NCBI GenBank assembly: GCA_020184695.1
Contig: JAANOX010000205.1
Coordinates: 744,001 to 808,000, forward strand
DNA from: Histomonas meleagridis 2922-C6/04-290x
Taxonomy: Eukaryota > Protista > Parabasalia
Length of the DNA: 64,000 bases
Direction: 5' to 3'
Under the pieces are notes generated by a model. That model saw only the letters and a program-made list of their open reading frames with translations, did no database searches and was not told the DNA's origin. Shown one piece after another: positions 1-12,009 of this stretch; within the stretch, counting starts at the first letter, position 1; every line of letters starts with the position of its first letter. The translations under genes and the position numbers were made by a program.

Positions 1-3000
1 CTCATTTCCAAGATTATCAGGTAACTCTAACCAATTCTCATCAAGGATACCAAAAGCATTACTCAGCCAAAACTTAAGCATTTTCATTATACACTTAGTT
101 ACTCTTTGATTAAATTTTTGAACAATTACTCTGACCTCATCACTTTGACTTTTGCTTGCAAGTATTAATGTTGTTAATAATCTTGCTGCAGAGAAGAATC
201 CTTGTGTATTATTAATATATTGATTCTCAAGTAACTTAATATGCTGGCTAACGGTCCCCCAAACCATCTGCGGTGTCAAAACCTTTGAATTCTTCAGAAT
301 TGTGAAGGAGAAATTGGCAAATTTAATTAGAGCATCGATTTTGGCATCATGCTGCTGATTGCTTATGATGGAAACGACTTGTTGAATCGTTTGGAAGGAG
401 GCAGCGACGTAGCCATGTGGTGAATAGCCTAATACTGTTCTAAATAATGAACTTAATGAAGGAGAAAAGAAAACAAGTTGTTGTGATTCATTTGGTAAAG
501 CAAAGTCAAATTTCCTTGTGTTCCCTGAGAGAATTCCTTTTAATAAATCGAGTGTATGGACAAAAACAGGATTTAGAACATGATATTTAAAATTACTTAA
601 ATTAATTTCTTTATGTGATTTTGTTCTTTCAGAATTACATCGTTCATTAATTAATAAAATGGCTGTTTGAGCCGCCGCAAATTTTTCTTTTTGGAATATT
701 GATAATGTATCTTTGGTACGATGTAACATTGCATTTGCAAGTTCTGCATTTCGAATTTCATTTTTGATTAAATCTGGACTACCTTTCTTTAATAAAAGTT
801 CTAAACCACGTTGGATATAAGGAATAAAATACATATCTGGTTTCTCACTTGAATTAAAAGCTTGTAAAAATTCGTCATTTTGTGTGTAAACCATTGAATT
901 TGCAAGATAATTCAAAATTCTATTCAATCTTGAAATAACCGGTGATTCAATATCACTATCGTCGAATCCAATTCCAATGGCCTCTTTGTAATTTGATAGG
1001 GCATATTGAAAAATTGAAATGGCGGTTTTTTCTTTAACGTCTGGTAATAAACTCGAAAATATTTGATCATTTAATTCGTTTGGTAATAAATACCAATCTT
1101 TTAATTCATTAATTTCACTATTTTTATAAAACGACAAATTATTTGCACCCTTAATAATTTTTGATCTAAAAGTAAATGGAATTTTTATATCAAATTTATC
1201 TAATGCACTTAACATTCCTGAAAGTAAATTCTTATTTTTACCATTAATATTATTAACTAAAAACTGAAATATAATTTGTAAGTTATCATTATTAATAATT
1301 CTTGAGAAGAAATTTTCTGTAATAATTGAACCGTTTTTAATCAAAAAGTTTGACAACGGAATTAACGGTTCCCAATTTTCAATTGAATCCGTTAAAATCA
1401 AAATGATTAATGGCAACAATTCATCATTCCACATTTCGATTGGTATGCAATTAATTAACAAAACGAATCTATCGAATTCATTTGGCGCGTTTAATTCTTT
1501 CCGTATTAGATGAATTATATTAATTTTTTCTTTATATTCATATAAAATATTTGCATATTGTATTAAGGATTGTATTAAAAATTCTTTTTTATTTGGAATA
1601 TCTAATTTATTTAATTCCAAAATGAATTTATGAACTAGTTTTGAATTTGCCATTGACAGTTTTGGTATTAAGTATTGAATTAAATTGACTTTAACCGAAA
1701 TCTGAACTTTATTTGAACCAATTATTTGAATTGAGCCGATCAATAATTGAGGGAACACGTGTTGAATTTTTTCAATGACGTATTGAATGTATTCCATTTG
1801 TTGTTCGAATTTTATGTATTTAATTGATGATATTAAATAAGTAATTAATGGATATGAATTATCATTAATACTAACTTTTTCCCAAATGTTAATTAAGAAT
1901 TGTTTTTTCGATAATTTACATTTCATTATTGATTTAATTATATAAATTAATTTTATAATTTGATTATTTGAATTATTGGAATTATTCGAATTGTTTTTAT
2001 TATTTTTATCATTCGGTACATCGGAATTACAAAGTTTATCAATGAAATTATTAATTTCATTATTAAATAATTGGAATAATTTATTATTATTAAAAATGGG
2101 CTTAATGAAATAAGGTATAAAAGTATGAATTATTGAATTTGAAGGTTCATTATTAATTAATTGTAATGATTTTATTATAAAGTTATAATATTTCTCGATG
2201 AATGCAATTGAACAATAATTTAATATAATGCATGATAAACTAAATGAAAATTTCGACTGAAGTTGTTCCAAAAATGTTTTTATTATGTTTTCGGTCAATA
2301 TTTCACAATGATTTTCTAAAAAATTAATGAAACAACGATCAATGAAATCATTAACTTGATATTTTAATGAAATTTTTATAACATCGAAAAATATCAAATG
2401 TAATTTATTTGATTGATCCAAATTAATAATATTTTCTTTTAAGAAATTTCCGGCGAATTTTACAACAATATTAATTTTTTGCTGATTAATAAATTGTTGA
2501 ATTGTTTTAACAAACAATGAGAAGATATCAAATGGTAACAATTGGATAAAATGTGGAAACTTCGAAATGATATTTATAATAATTTTATAATTCGGGAAAT
2601 TATCTTTTGTCGATGCGAGCTTTTCAATGAAGAATAATCGTATCGAGTCAATTGTATATGTTGAATAAGGTTGTTTTAAACTTGATATTATTTGATATGC
2701 GTATTTAAACAATGAATTTTCATTATAAAAATTCAACGACAAAATTAGTTGAACAATTTTATCATGAATTTGATATGGTAAAAGTTCTTTCTTTAATAAT
2801 GATATAGATAATTTTAAGCCTTGAATATTAGTATAAGGTTCATTCGATTCTAAACATGAAGGAATTAACATTATAATGATACTAATTATTGAAGATTCCA
2901 AATTATACTTTTTAATGATTACATTTATACATTTTAATGATATTATGTTTAAGTTTTCATTATTATTATCTCTTAATTTTTGTAATAATAAATTCCAAAT

Positions 3001-6000
3001 TTGTTTTAATATCGTTTCATCAAGTGGATATAATATTTGTAACAAATATTTCAAGATGAAACTATATAAGTTATTATCAGTCAAAATACTTTCTAAATAT
3101 TCAATATGAAATTCTTTATTAAAACTTTTGAATATTGTCTTAAATTTTGTACTTAAATTAGTTTTAATGAAATTAGGGAAATTTAATATTTGTAGAAAAT
3201 TGTTTATATTTGATATTGTCGGATATATTTTTATAGTATATAAATATAATGAAGTTGCTGCTTTTAATAAACCAAATTCTTGTTGCTCATGTGAAAAGTC
3301 ATGATTTTTAATATCTTTAAATATATTTAATAAGTCATCAAATTTCTTTCTAATTATTTCAAATATTTTCGAATCATTTGAAAACTTCTTTTTTTGTATT
3401 AATTTTTTAGTGATTTTAAATGTATCAATTGTTAAACAATTTAATTCGATTAAATGAAATTCTTCAATAAATATATCAACAAAAGGATTATAATCAAATA
3501 AATAATATAATAATTTATACCCATAAAAATAACCAGGTTTAGAATTCTTAAGTATATAAATTATTGTTTCTTTTGCTATTGGCGTCAAAATTTTCCGAAC
3601 TTTATTCGAAAAGTTCTGCAAAAACATTATATCATTATTACTAATTAATATATAAAAAGTTTGAAGTAATTTTTCAAAATATGTAAAATTACTATTTGGT
3701 ATTGTGGAGAAAAGTTCTCTTTTTACTAAATTATAATTTAAATAATATACAGTTGAGAAATGATGTAAAATGTTCATAATTTGGAAATATAATTCGAAAA
3801 TTTTTTCTTCTGTTTTAATGTTTTCGGCTAAATATATAATAAAATATTTAATTTCGGGATATATAAAAGTATTTGGTAAAAGTTTTGATAATGAATGAAA
3901 ATAAGGGAATTTTCTAATTACATCATTACGTAAAATTTCATGAAAATTATTACTATTATTTTTCTTAATATGTGCAGTATCAGCTATTTCTTTTATTATA
4001 TCTTTATTATTCTCATAATATTTGATGAATAACTTTAAACATTTCTCACTTTTATCTTTATAAACTGGAATACCTAAAGTAAATTGTATATATTTAAGAA
4101 ACATATCAGGGAAATGTGATAAATCTCTTAACAAATTAAATTTTGTTTTTAGAACCGAATATATGAAATTTAATACAATTAAACATATCATGTTTTGATA
4201 AGTTTGTAATTGTTTTTGATCTTGAATTTTTTGTTTCGGTGATAAGAAATTATTAATACGTTCAATTAATTCTTGTGTAATATTAATTTCATTTTGTATT
4301 CCACATAAAATACAACAACTTAATGATGTAATATATGTAGAATCATCATTAAAGTTAGGAATCTCATTAAATGGTAATTTAACATTAAGTAATTTCATTA
4401 CTTTTAAGATGTTAAAACGAATTTTCTTATTCCATGTTAATGTTAAATTATATAATTCGAAGTTTAATGTTTCTTTCTCATTTTGATCTAAATATTGTAT
4501 TGTATTCTTAAATAATTTATGGAATATTCGTTGAGATTGTTTATCGAAAATAAATGATTGATCTCCAAATGTTGGAATATGTATTAATCGTTGTAAATGT
4601 CGATATTTAATTAAATTAGGTTTATAATTAGAAATAATTGATAATCCATATAATAATGTTTCAAATTGATATGAATTATTTGGATCTAAATATATTTCAT
4701 CAGGTAAATTCGTAATTTCTTGATAATTTTGTATTAATTCTTTGGATTTCTTTATTACATATAATGAAACATTTGTTTTAGTTTGACATATAATTGTCAT
4801 TAAAATTGTGAAATAATTTTGGATATTATTTTCCAAAAATTTTTGTTGAATTTGTTCAAATAAATTTTTCGTTGATTTTCGGATTTCTTTAAATTTATAT
4901 AAATTCGTTAAAAGTGATATATATTTTAATAATAAAGAATATGAAAAACTTAAAATGTTTTCTTCTTTAAATATGATATCTAATAAATCTAAAAGAATTT
5001 TACCTTCGAATTTATCATCTTCCATATTTTTCTCGATCTCAATTAATAATTCATTTAAAGGAATACCATTTTTTAAGAAATATTCATTTTTCAAGTTGAT
5101 ATTATCATCGAGTAAATCATTATTAACATTATTAATATTATTTACGAAAAATTGCAAAGTATTTGGAACCAAATTTATAACTTTTAATGAAGTTTCTTTT
5201 GATGGATAATTAATTAATTGATAAAAATAATAAAAAAATGATTGATATTGATATAATTCACTTATACATGCTTTAGTTTGTAATATTTTATTAATGAAAT
5301 CCATTGCTAAATCAAATGAATGATTAATAATTTCATTATCATTACTTTTAATACATTCTTTTAATTCATCGTAATAAAAATCTTTTTGATTTGATTCAAT
5401 CAAATTATTTAAATATATCGATGAATATTTTAATCGTGCAGATGGATGTATATGATGATATTGAGTTTTAAATGCAATTCGTTGAGACTTATTAAAGTTT
5501 ATAATTTCTTCGTTTTGTTTTATATGGAAATCCAAATTCTTTAAAAATATATAATATAATTCAAATGATGACTTTTGTAATGTAATCCTTCGATATAAAC
5601 TTGAATAAATTGTTGCTAAAATTTTTGTTGAACATGATAATAATGAACCGAAAAAAGGCTCTTTAAAGTTTTGACTTAATGAATGTGGATTTACTAAATA
5701 TACCATCAAATAAAACCATTGTTGTAATAACAAAGATTTCGATTCATTCTTAGAGAAATTTAATGAAAGATTTGTGATGAAATAATTTTGCATTTCTGAT
5801 AATAACATATAATAGAAATTATTAGAATTCTCATCAGGTATCATTTGGATAAATAATGTCATGAAATAATATGTAACTTCTTGTTTTTCGATATATTTAA
5901 ATAACGTTTTAACAATTGCTTCAATTGTAATTTGTAATGATTTATCTTTGAAACTTGAAAATAATGATTTAATCATTGGTGGAAAATCAGATAATTTATT

Positions 6001-7455
6001 TATCGAATGTACTTTAGTTTGAATCGCTCCATTCTTTTGTAATAGTTTTATATCAACGCCAATATAATATTGAATATGCATTGACTTATATGTAAACTTG
6101 ATTAAAAACTTAATTAAACTATGTATTAATTCTTTAAACGCTGATATATCTAATGAATTAATTTCATTATTAGTCATTATTAAATTATTTAATACTTTAA
6201 TTAACTCAATACAAAAATTAAAATTTACTCGAATAGATGGTAATATACTTATATAAATTCGATAAAAATTATCAAACATTTGTTTGGATTCATTTTCATT
6301 ATTACAAATTATATATTCGAATTTTGTATATAATTTATTAGTGATCGCTGGTAAATCCCTTTTATCATTAGCTTGATCATTAAATGAAATTATTGAAGGT
6401 AAAACTTCATCAATTTCAGATTTAACGAATATATATTTTATTGAACGTATTATATGACAAAATTGTTGTAACGAAAATGAAAATCCATAAATACTATAAT
6501 AAAATTTCCAATTATGAAAATTAACAACAGTTTTACAAAACTCAGGAATCTCACCAATGATTTTCTTTATGGTCTCATTACCATATGTTAAGTTTAAACT
6601 ATGTGAAAAAATAAATGTTAACGCATGAAATGATTGTGAATCATTTTGGAATTTCTTGAAATTTGTTAAAATAAAATTTAACCACCATACTAAATAATAA
6701 CCACCACTAATGTCTTTGGTATAATTAGCTTTCTCTATAAGATATGAGAAAAATTCAATGTACTTGTTTTGGTTTCCTTGGTGATTGTCATGTGAACTGA
6801 AAAATTTTTTGATGTTATTAAAATATAATGAAACGCTATTAAATTCATATCTCATTAATATGGATTGAACTATGGATACAGTATTGTCATGTGGATTATT
6901 AGAAAGAAATGGTAAAATGTTTATAAGTAATGATAAGTTAGATTTGGAATTTTCTAATTTTGAAAGTTGATTATTAACAAAATTTTGACAGATGGTGGTA
7001 AGCTCGGGTAAATAAACATTGTTAAAACATTGGCATAATACTGAGGCACAATTGGCAAAACGTCGAGTATTAGAATCATTAGAAATGACTTTATCAATGC
7101 ATTGACTAAATATACCAATTAAATATTTGGCTTCTTTGATGGAACTACCTCTGCTTGCATGTAATAATGAAATAACTTGAAATAAGGGAGAATATGTTGT
7201 ATCAAATTGTAAACTTGAGGAAGGAATACTAGTTGGTGATAAAATATATATTAAAGAACACAAGATAAAACGAAAGCGATCCCATTCAAGATCACTGATA
7301 TTTTCCGAACGAATTTCTCCAAATGAAAATAATTGATTAAAAAATTGTGGATCTTGAGTTTCACCAAATTCAATAGATAATTCCTTCATCTTTTCTGATA
7401 TGGACTCAATATTAACAGGAACTTCCTTAAGCAGACCCGCAATTTCTTCCATCAT
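1..7455 (-). CDS. Very large hypothetical protein (>2,485 aa, 3' end outside window), probably alpha-solenoid/HEAT-like
   Basis: ATG at 7455 preceded by Inr-like TCACTTTT (7459-7466). Segments translated by hand (e.g. 7455-7000, 900-841, 540-1) are open in one frame. It is absent from the ORF track, consistent with a frame running off the window edge. Leu/Ile/Phe-rich helical composition; no motif recognised. Confidence 0.75.
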   Translation of the reverse strand, partial: MMEEIAGLLKEVPVNIESISEKMKELSIEFGETQDPQFFNQLFSFGEIRSENISDLEWDRFRFILCSLIYILSPTSIPSSSLQFDTTYSPLFQVISLLHASRGSSIKEAKYLIGIFSQCIDKVISNDSNTRRFANCASVLCQCFNNVYLPELTTICQNFVNNQLSKLENSKSNLSLLINILPFLSNNPHDNTVSIVQSILMRYEFNSVSLYFNNIKKFFSSHDNHQGNQNKYIEFFSYLIEKANYTKDISGGYYLVWWLNFILTNFKKFQNDSQSFHALTFIFSHSLNLTYGNETIKKIIGEIPEFCKTVVNFHNWKFYYSIYGFSFSLQQFCHIIRSIKYIFVKSEIDEVLPSIISFNDQANDKRDLPAITNKLYTKFEYIICNNENESKQMFDNFYRIYISILPSIRVNFNFCIELIKVLNNLIMTNNEINSLDISAFKELIHSLIKFLIKFTYKSMHIQYYIGVDIKLLQKNGAIQTKVHSINKLSDFPPMIKSLFSSFKDKSLQITIEAIVKTLFKYIEKQEVTYYFMTLFIQMIPDENSNNFYYMLLSEMQNYFITNLSLNFSKNESKSLLLQQWFYLMVYLVNPHSLSQNFKEPFFGSLLSCSTKILATIYSSLYRRITLQKSSFELYYIFLKNLDFHIKQNEEIINFNKSQRIAFKTQYHHIHPSARLKYSSIYLNNLIESNQKDFYYDELKECIKSNDNEIINHSFDLAMDFINKILQTKACISELYQYQSFFYYFYQLINYPSKETSLKVINLVPNTLQFFVNNINNVNNDLLDDNINLKNEYFLKNGIPLNELLIEIEKNMEDDKFEGKILLDLLDIIFKEENILSFSYSLLLKYISLLTNLYKFKEIRKSTKNLFEQIQQKFLENNIQNYFTILMTIICQTKTNVSLYVIKKSKELIQNYQEITNLPDEIYLDPNNSYQFETLLYGLSIISNYKPNLIKYRHLQRLIHIPTFGDQSFIFDKQSQRIFHKLFKNTIQYLDQNEKETLNFELYNLTLTWNKKIRFNILKVMKLLNVKLPFNEIPNFNDDSTYITSLSCCILCGIQNEINITQELIERINNFLSPKQKIQDQKQLQTYQNMICLIVLNFIYSVLKTKFNLLRDLSHFPDMFLKYIQFTLGIPVYKDKSEKCLKLFIKYYENNKDIIKEIADTAHIKKNNSNNFHEILRNDVIRKFPYFHSLSKLLPNTFIYPEIKYFIIYLAENIKTEEKIFELYFQIMNILHHFSTVYYLNYNLVKRELFSTIPNSNFTYFEKLLQTFYILISNNDIMFLQNFSNKVRKILTPIAKETIIYILKNSKPGYFYGYKLLYYLFDYNPFVDIFIEEFHLIELNCLTIDTFKITKKLIQKKKFSNDSKIFEIIRKKFDDLLNIFKDIKNHDFSHEQQEFGLLKAATSLYLYTIKIYPTISNINNFLQILNFPNFIKTNLSTKFKTIFKSFNKEFHIEYLESILTDNNLYSFILKYLLQILYPLDETILKQIWNLLLQKLRDNNNENLNIISLKCINVIIKKYNLESSIISIIIMLIPSCLESNEPYTNIQGLKLSISLLKKELLPYQIHDKIVQLILSLNFYNENSLFKYAYQIISSLKQPYSTYTIDSIRLFFIEKLASTKDNFPNYKIIINIISKFPHFIQLLPFDIFSLFVKTIQQFINQQKINIVVKFAGNFLKENIINLDQSNKLHLIFFDVIKISLKYQVNDFIDRCFINFLENHCEILTENIIKTFLEQLQSKFSFSLSCIILNYCSIAFIEKYYNFIIKSLQLINNEPSNSIIHTFIPYFIKPIFNNNKLFQLFNNEINNFIDKLCNSDVPNDKNNKNNSNNSNNSNNQIIKLIYIIKSIMKCKLSKKQFLINIWEKVSINDNSYPLITYLISSIKYIKFEQQMEYIQYVIEKIQHVFPQLLIGSIQIIGSNKVQISVKVNLIQYLIPKLSMANSKLVHKFILELNKLDIPNKKEFLIQSLIQYANILYEYKEKINIIHLIRKELNAPNEFDRFVLLINCIPIEMWNDELLPLIILILTDSIENWEPLIPLSNFLIKNGSIITENFFSRIINNDNLQIIFQFLVNNINGKNKNLLSGMLSALDKFDIKIPFTFRSKIIKGANNLSFYKNSEINELKDWYLLPNELNDQIFSSLLPDVKEKTAISIFQYALSNYKEAIGIGFDDSDIESPVISRLNRILNYLANSMVYTQNDEFLQAFNSSEKPDMYFIPYIQRGLELLLKKGSPDLIKNEIRNAELANAMLHRTKDTLSIFQKEKFAAAQTAILLINERCNSERTKSHKEINLSNFKYHVLNPVFVHTLDLLKGILSGNTRKFDFALPNESQQLVFFSPSLSSLFRTVLGYSPHGYVAASFQTIQQVVSIISNQQHDAKIDALIKFANFSFTILKNSKVLTPQMVWGTVSQHIKLLENQYINNTQGFFSAARLLTTLILASKSQSDEVRVIVQKFNQRVTKCIMKMLKFWLSNAFGILDENWLELPDNLGNE

Positions 7456-7458
7456 TAG

Positions 7459-7466
7459 AAAAGTGA
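7459..7466 (-). promoter_or_regulatory. Trichomonad initiator (Inr) element TCACTTTT
   Basis: TCAY-type Inr 3 nt upstream of the ATG at 7455. The same TCACTTTT precedes the AP-1 gamma gene (42057-42064), and TTCACTTT precedes the Rab ATG. Confidence 0.6.
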
Positions 7467-8424
7467 CGCATCCCGAACTCTATCGTTCAAAAGTCCAAAA
7501 TTTATTTATGTTCAAACTTTATTAAATAGCAGGATTTTATTGATATTTTTTTTTTCTGATAACAAAAGCTCGAATTAAGTTACAATTATATATTAATCAT
7601 ATTAAGAAACAAACATAATGATCATCATGTAAAGAAAAAAAATGAAATCATTGGAAAAATTACTAATTAATATGCATAGCTTATGAATGATAAAAAAATT
7701 GATTAGAAAAATTATGTTAAAAACTTTTGACTTTTGGTATTTATTAAGGAAGTTTAAACACTTTTAAATTTTTTCAACATTTGTTCATTTATTATGTTTT
7801 CATCAACAAATTACTCATAAAAAAATTTTTTGGATTGTTTAAATGTGAACATTTATTTTAATATTCGTTTCTGATTTATAATATATTTTTTCATAAGAAA
7901 ATTATTTTCCACCAAAATATTTCGTGTTTACTCTGATTTCTTCATGCTTTAACATAATCGATTACAAGCAAAGAAAAGATTTTAGTATTTCTCCTAAATG
8001 AAACAAATTTAAATATCAATTTAAACGACTATTTTCTTCAGTACAATACTTGATTTTACATCTTATATGTACACTCTCATTATATACAAACTAATTTTTA
8101 CTTTATCAACACAATATTCTTGTTACATCATTAAGAAGAGTTAAATTTTAATAAGTTAGTATATATCTCGCCTTATTTACTTTACATCAATGAAAAAACT
8201 TGAAATAAACTTTTATTCAACGATTTTGTGTATGAATTGTGTAGTAGAGTATTTTGAACTAATGATATTTTAATAATTACATTTTGATAAAAAAATAAAA
8301 TATTTACTTTTGTGCATTTTTATAGCAATTTACAGATATCGCAAAAATTCAAATACTTACAATTTCAGTGAACTTTTAAGGAATTCCTTAAAACACATGC
8401 ATGAGTATATGTATTTATTAAGAT

Positions 8425-10314
8425 TTATCCGAACATCCATTGTTCGAGATTTTTGTTTTGATTCATTACATTTGATCCAGATGTACCAATTAATATACCA
8501 CCTCTTGCTAACTTAATTTCAATCTTGTTTCCTCTGGCGATTTCAATTTCCAACTTTCCTTGGTCAACATTAATCATTGCAACATTAATTTCAATTTCCA
8601 TGTTTGGAAGCAAGACGCCATTATCTGGTAAAACTTTAACAGTTTCTTTGTCGTAGTTAATTTGCCATTGGGCCCAAGCTTTTGACGTATTGATAAGTTT
8701 GAAAGATTTTGGATTTGAATCCAAAATTATATTTTGGTTACTAACAGTACATGTTGGGATGAGCTGTTTTTGAAGTTCTGAAATCCTATTCTTGATAGCT
8801 TCCTTTAGATCCATTAATTTTTGAACATCAATATCTGGAATTATGAACTTATATCCACAAAGCACTGATCTATGATCACTAAACTTACAAACGCCTGATT
8901 TGTATGTTACACATTTTGGCATTGAAGGGAAATTTAATTGAATGTCAGGTTTTTGATCTAAAATTGGCGAAGCTGAAGTACCGATTGAAAGCCTCTTTCT
9001 TCCTCTGACTAGTAACACCCTATCAGTGTATGAAGGCACTCTGTGTTTTGGTGACGTGTCATAAACGTCGGATTCCTTATCAAATTTAAACGTTGGGAAG
9101 AACGTTATTTTCGGCTCCTTGAATCTTCTCAAAATCGGATCGTTATTCCTTGAAATTTGAAGCTGATCCCTCAAGTAAAGAGTGTCAGCATCCTTCTGGC
9201 TAATGAAGGATATACATTCTTCATATGTCATTTCTATTCGGTAGTTAAGATCTCCAATTATTGCCAAGAAATCAAAGTTCTTATCGGCAAGTTTCAAGAG
9301 ATTTCTTAATTGTTGATCTCGAGATTGCCAATTCTCTTGATGAGGAGAGAGATGACAACCCATGAAAGTGAACCTAGTACCTCCAATAGTGAAAGGGTAC
9401 ATAATGGCTCCTTTATTGGCAGCAAGTCCATGTGCTCCTAATCTGATAGTTTTAACATCACCGCAAACAGGCTCAGGACTTAAACCATTGCGCATAATTA
9501 ATGCAGTGTAAACACCACCTAAAGAAAGTTCCGATTTTAGGTGATAACCTCCAGTTTTCGAGAGTGTGATGCTAATAATTTTACTCCATAAATCTTTGAC
9601 TTTAGAAGATCCTTTAACAACAGATACAACACCCATGTCGATTTCTTCAAGTGCAATGAAAATGATATCTGTTGGTGAATCCCCAATTTGAAATGCATGA
9701 GATATCTCTTCAATGACAATGGGATGAGGTTTAACACTAGCAACATTCCAGGTAAGAAAAGCAACGCGGAGGATTCGTGGTTTGGTGACATATGAAGCGT
9801 TATTAAGAAGAACTTGTTTCTCCCATAAATCGTAATGTGTCTTACTAGTAAGAATTGGGGTGGCAAAGGCACGTCCTGGGGTAGCTGCCATGAAGTTTTC
9901 TCGAGAAATACTTTCAATTAAGTGATTTGGACATGAAATTGAATATAAATAAGCAGAATTAATCGAATATAACTGGTCACTTGTAACCTTCCCATTTTGA
10001 ATAAAATCTGATAGGTATGAAACCATTTGTTCTAATTGCTGTAGATTTGTGAAATTAAATACTACTTTGATATCTCCAAATTCTTTGAATGTCATATGTA
10101 AATGTTGAAAATTAAACTTTGCTTCAACATTATTGTTCAATGGAATAAATGCAAAAGTTATGTTGTTTTGTGATATTGAAAAGTAATTAATTGAATCATT
10201 ATTACGATCTTTGTATATAGATAACTTTAACATATAACTGTTCTGAATGAGGTTTGCTTCGCAAGAATACCAATTATCACATGAGTTCACAGCGTTTGTA
10301 ACAGGATCCACCAT
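8425..10314 (-). CDS. Inositol polyphosphate 5-phosphatase (INPP5B/OCRL-like) with C-terminal ASH/MSP-like region
   Basis: Motifs FLTWNV, GDLNYRI, PTFKFD...YD...RVPSYTDR, FSDHRSV. Confidence 0.9.
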   Translation of the reverse strand: MVDPVTNAVNSCDNWYSCEANLIQNSYMLKLSIYKDRNNDSINYFSISQNNITFAFIPLNNNVEAKFNFQHLHMTFKEFGDIKVVFNFTNLQQLEQMVSYLSDFIQNGKVTSDQLYSINSAYLYSISCPNHLIESISRENFMAATPGRAFATPILTSKTHYDLWEKQVLLNNASYVTKPRILRVAFLTWNVASVKPHPIVIEEISHAFQIGDSPTDIIFIALEEIDMGVVSVVKGSSKVKDLWSKIISITLSKTGGYHLKSELSLGGVYTALIMRNGLSPEPVCGDVKTIRLGAHGLAANKGAIMYPFTIGGTRFTFMGCHLSPHQENWQSRDQQLRNLLKLADKNFDFLAIIGDLNYRIEMTYEECISFISQKDADTLYLRDQLQISRNNDPILRRFKEPKITFFPTFKFDKESDVYDTSPKHRVPSYTDRVLLVRGRKRLSIGTSASPILDQKPDIQLNFPSMPKCVTYKSGVCKFSDHRSVLCGYKFIIPDIDVQKLMDLKEAIKNRISELQKQLIPTCTVSNQNIILDSNPKSFKLINTSKAWAQWQINYDKETVKVLPDNGVLLPNMEIEINVAMINVDQGKLEIEIARGNKIEIKLARGGILIGTSGSNVMNQNKNLEQWMFG

Positions 10315-10406
10315 TCTGTCAGTTTTCTATCGGCGCATAAACTTTCGTCTTACTTATACACAAATTTTATATATAAAGAAAGTAAAAAATTATCACTATA
10401 TTTTTA

Positions 10407-11336
10407 TTAAACAGATGAATATATTACAAGCATATCAGGCGCATGTTCGATGTCGCCATATTCAAAGCAATAGCTCACTGCAACAGCAAGAACATTACCA
10501 TCACTTGAAAAAGATAAAGAAGCAACAGACGTATTAAATGGCCTCCCCTCTTCATCTCCAAGTGATACCACCTTTACTTTACGCGACAAATCCCATATCG
10601 AAACAACTCCATCTGATCCGCCTGTAGCAAGGTGCCCTGTTCCAGGTTGGAACGCAAGTGAATTCACCGGAAACACAACTTTCGTATCATTTTCCGTCTT
10701 GGTATGTACGTGGAAACCAAACGTGTGACCATTCTGTTTACGTTCTCTAACCATTATTCTACCTTCATAAACGCCAATGGCAAACATATTCTCAGAAGCT
10801 GCTATACTTCTAGTTTGGTAATGAAATTGTGTTTCTCTATTTTCAACATTTCCGGTGTTTTGAGTATCAATAAATAAAAGGTTTTTGTCATTACACCCAC
10901 ATATAATTTGAGTTGGTGGTGCATATGCCATACACATTATTTTGAAATTTGTTGAATATTCATAAATGCAAACTTGTGAAAATGGATCCCATAACTTAAC
11001 TTTCCCATCCCACGACCCACTTGCCAGCATTTTGGAATTTGGAACGAATGAAAAGCATGAAATTGGTGCAGAATGATTTCCAAGAATATTTCCATTAATT
11101 GTGATTACGCCATCACTTCCGCCACTTGCGTATAGTTCTGAGCTTATCCACTCAAAGCAAAGTTGTGGACAGTTCAAAATAGTTTTATATTTTGATGTTC
11201 CATTTTGTGTCTCGAAAATTTCATTTGTGCCTGCCCATGTACTAATACCAACAAGTGAGGCATCCCAAGGATTCATTCTAACGCAAGAAATACCTGGATT
11301 ATCAGCAAGGTTTATTTCACATCTAATGTTGAACAT
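10407..11336 (-). CDS. BUB3: WD40 mitotic checkpoint protein Bub3 (Rae1/Bub3 family)
   Basis: ASGSWDGKVKLWD, FHVH...VFPVNSLAFQP, ATGGSDGVVSIWD, LAVAVSY. Confidence 0.75.
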   Translation of the reverse strand: MFNIRCEINLADNPGISCVRMNPWDASLVGISTWAGTNEIFETQNGTSKYKTILNCPQLCFEWISSELYASGGSDGVITINGNILGNHSAPISCFSFVPNSKMLASGSWDGKVKLWDPFSQVCIYEYSTNFKIMCMAYAPPTQIICGCNDKNLLFIDTQNTGNVENRETQFHYQTRSIAASENMFAIGVYEGRIMVRERKQNGHTFGFHVHTKTENDTKVVFPVNSLAFQPGTGHLATGGSDGVVSIWDLSRKVKVVSLGDEEGRPFNTSVASLSFSSDGNVLAVAVSYCFEYGDIEHAPDMLVIYSSV

Positions 11337-12009
11337 AATTATAAACGGTCATTTCAAAAAAAAAAGGAGAAAAATTCACTCATTGGATGTTTTATTAATT
11401 CCAAATTACATACAGCTCAAAAGGACTTCTGTTTTTTTATTATTTTAGTTGTGATTATAAAAGTTACATATTCATATCAAAATAAAAGTTTAATTGGATT
11501 TTCAAAAGAAACCATTTCGACTAACTGATAATAAAAAATAGTTACAACATTAAACTTAAAGAGATACAAAGTTATAAAAAATTTATCATTTTGTAAAGAT
11601 TGATCATTTAACAGAAATTGAAAATAAATAAAATGGAAAAAGTTAATGGACAAAAATATTGGTCATCCCAAAATTTTTCTTTATCTCTGCGTCAATTCCT
11701 TGCTCTAACAATCCACTAATTTTTGTGTTAAATTGAAAATCGATCGCGATCAGCCGATAATTGGAATAAAAACCGTTTGTGTCGTGATTTTTGGAACTAC
11801 TTTTTATAGAGCATTCAAAATTTCATAATGAATTGTGTAAGTCAAAACCTACAGGCCAATATGCCCCTCAAAAACATCACCTTTTGAAATTTGAGTTCCG
11901 GTGATTGCGTTATTTGAATTGAACGGATTTGATTGACTTTAAACCGCTAAAGCCACCAAGCTGCTTTTTGAACTGAAAATTGAAACAAAGTGTTCAGTTC
12001 ATTTAATTT

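Noticed and set aside
2876-5209. Short + strand ORFs (2876, 4955) and the many other 60-120-aa antisense or alternative-frame ORFs in the track
   Set aside because: They are shadows of real genes on the other strand or frame, or AT-rich chance ORFs.
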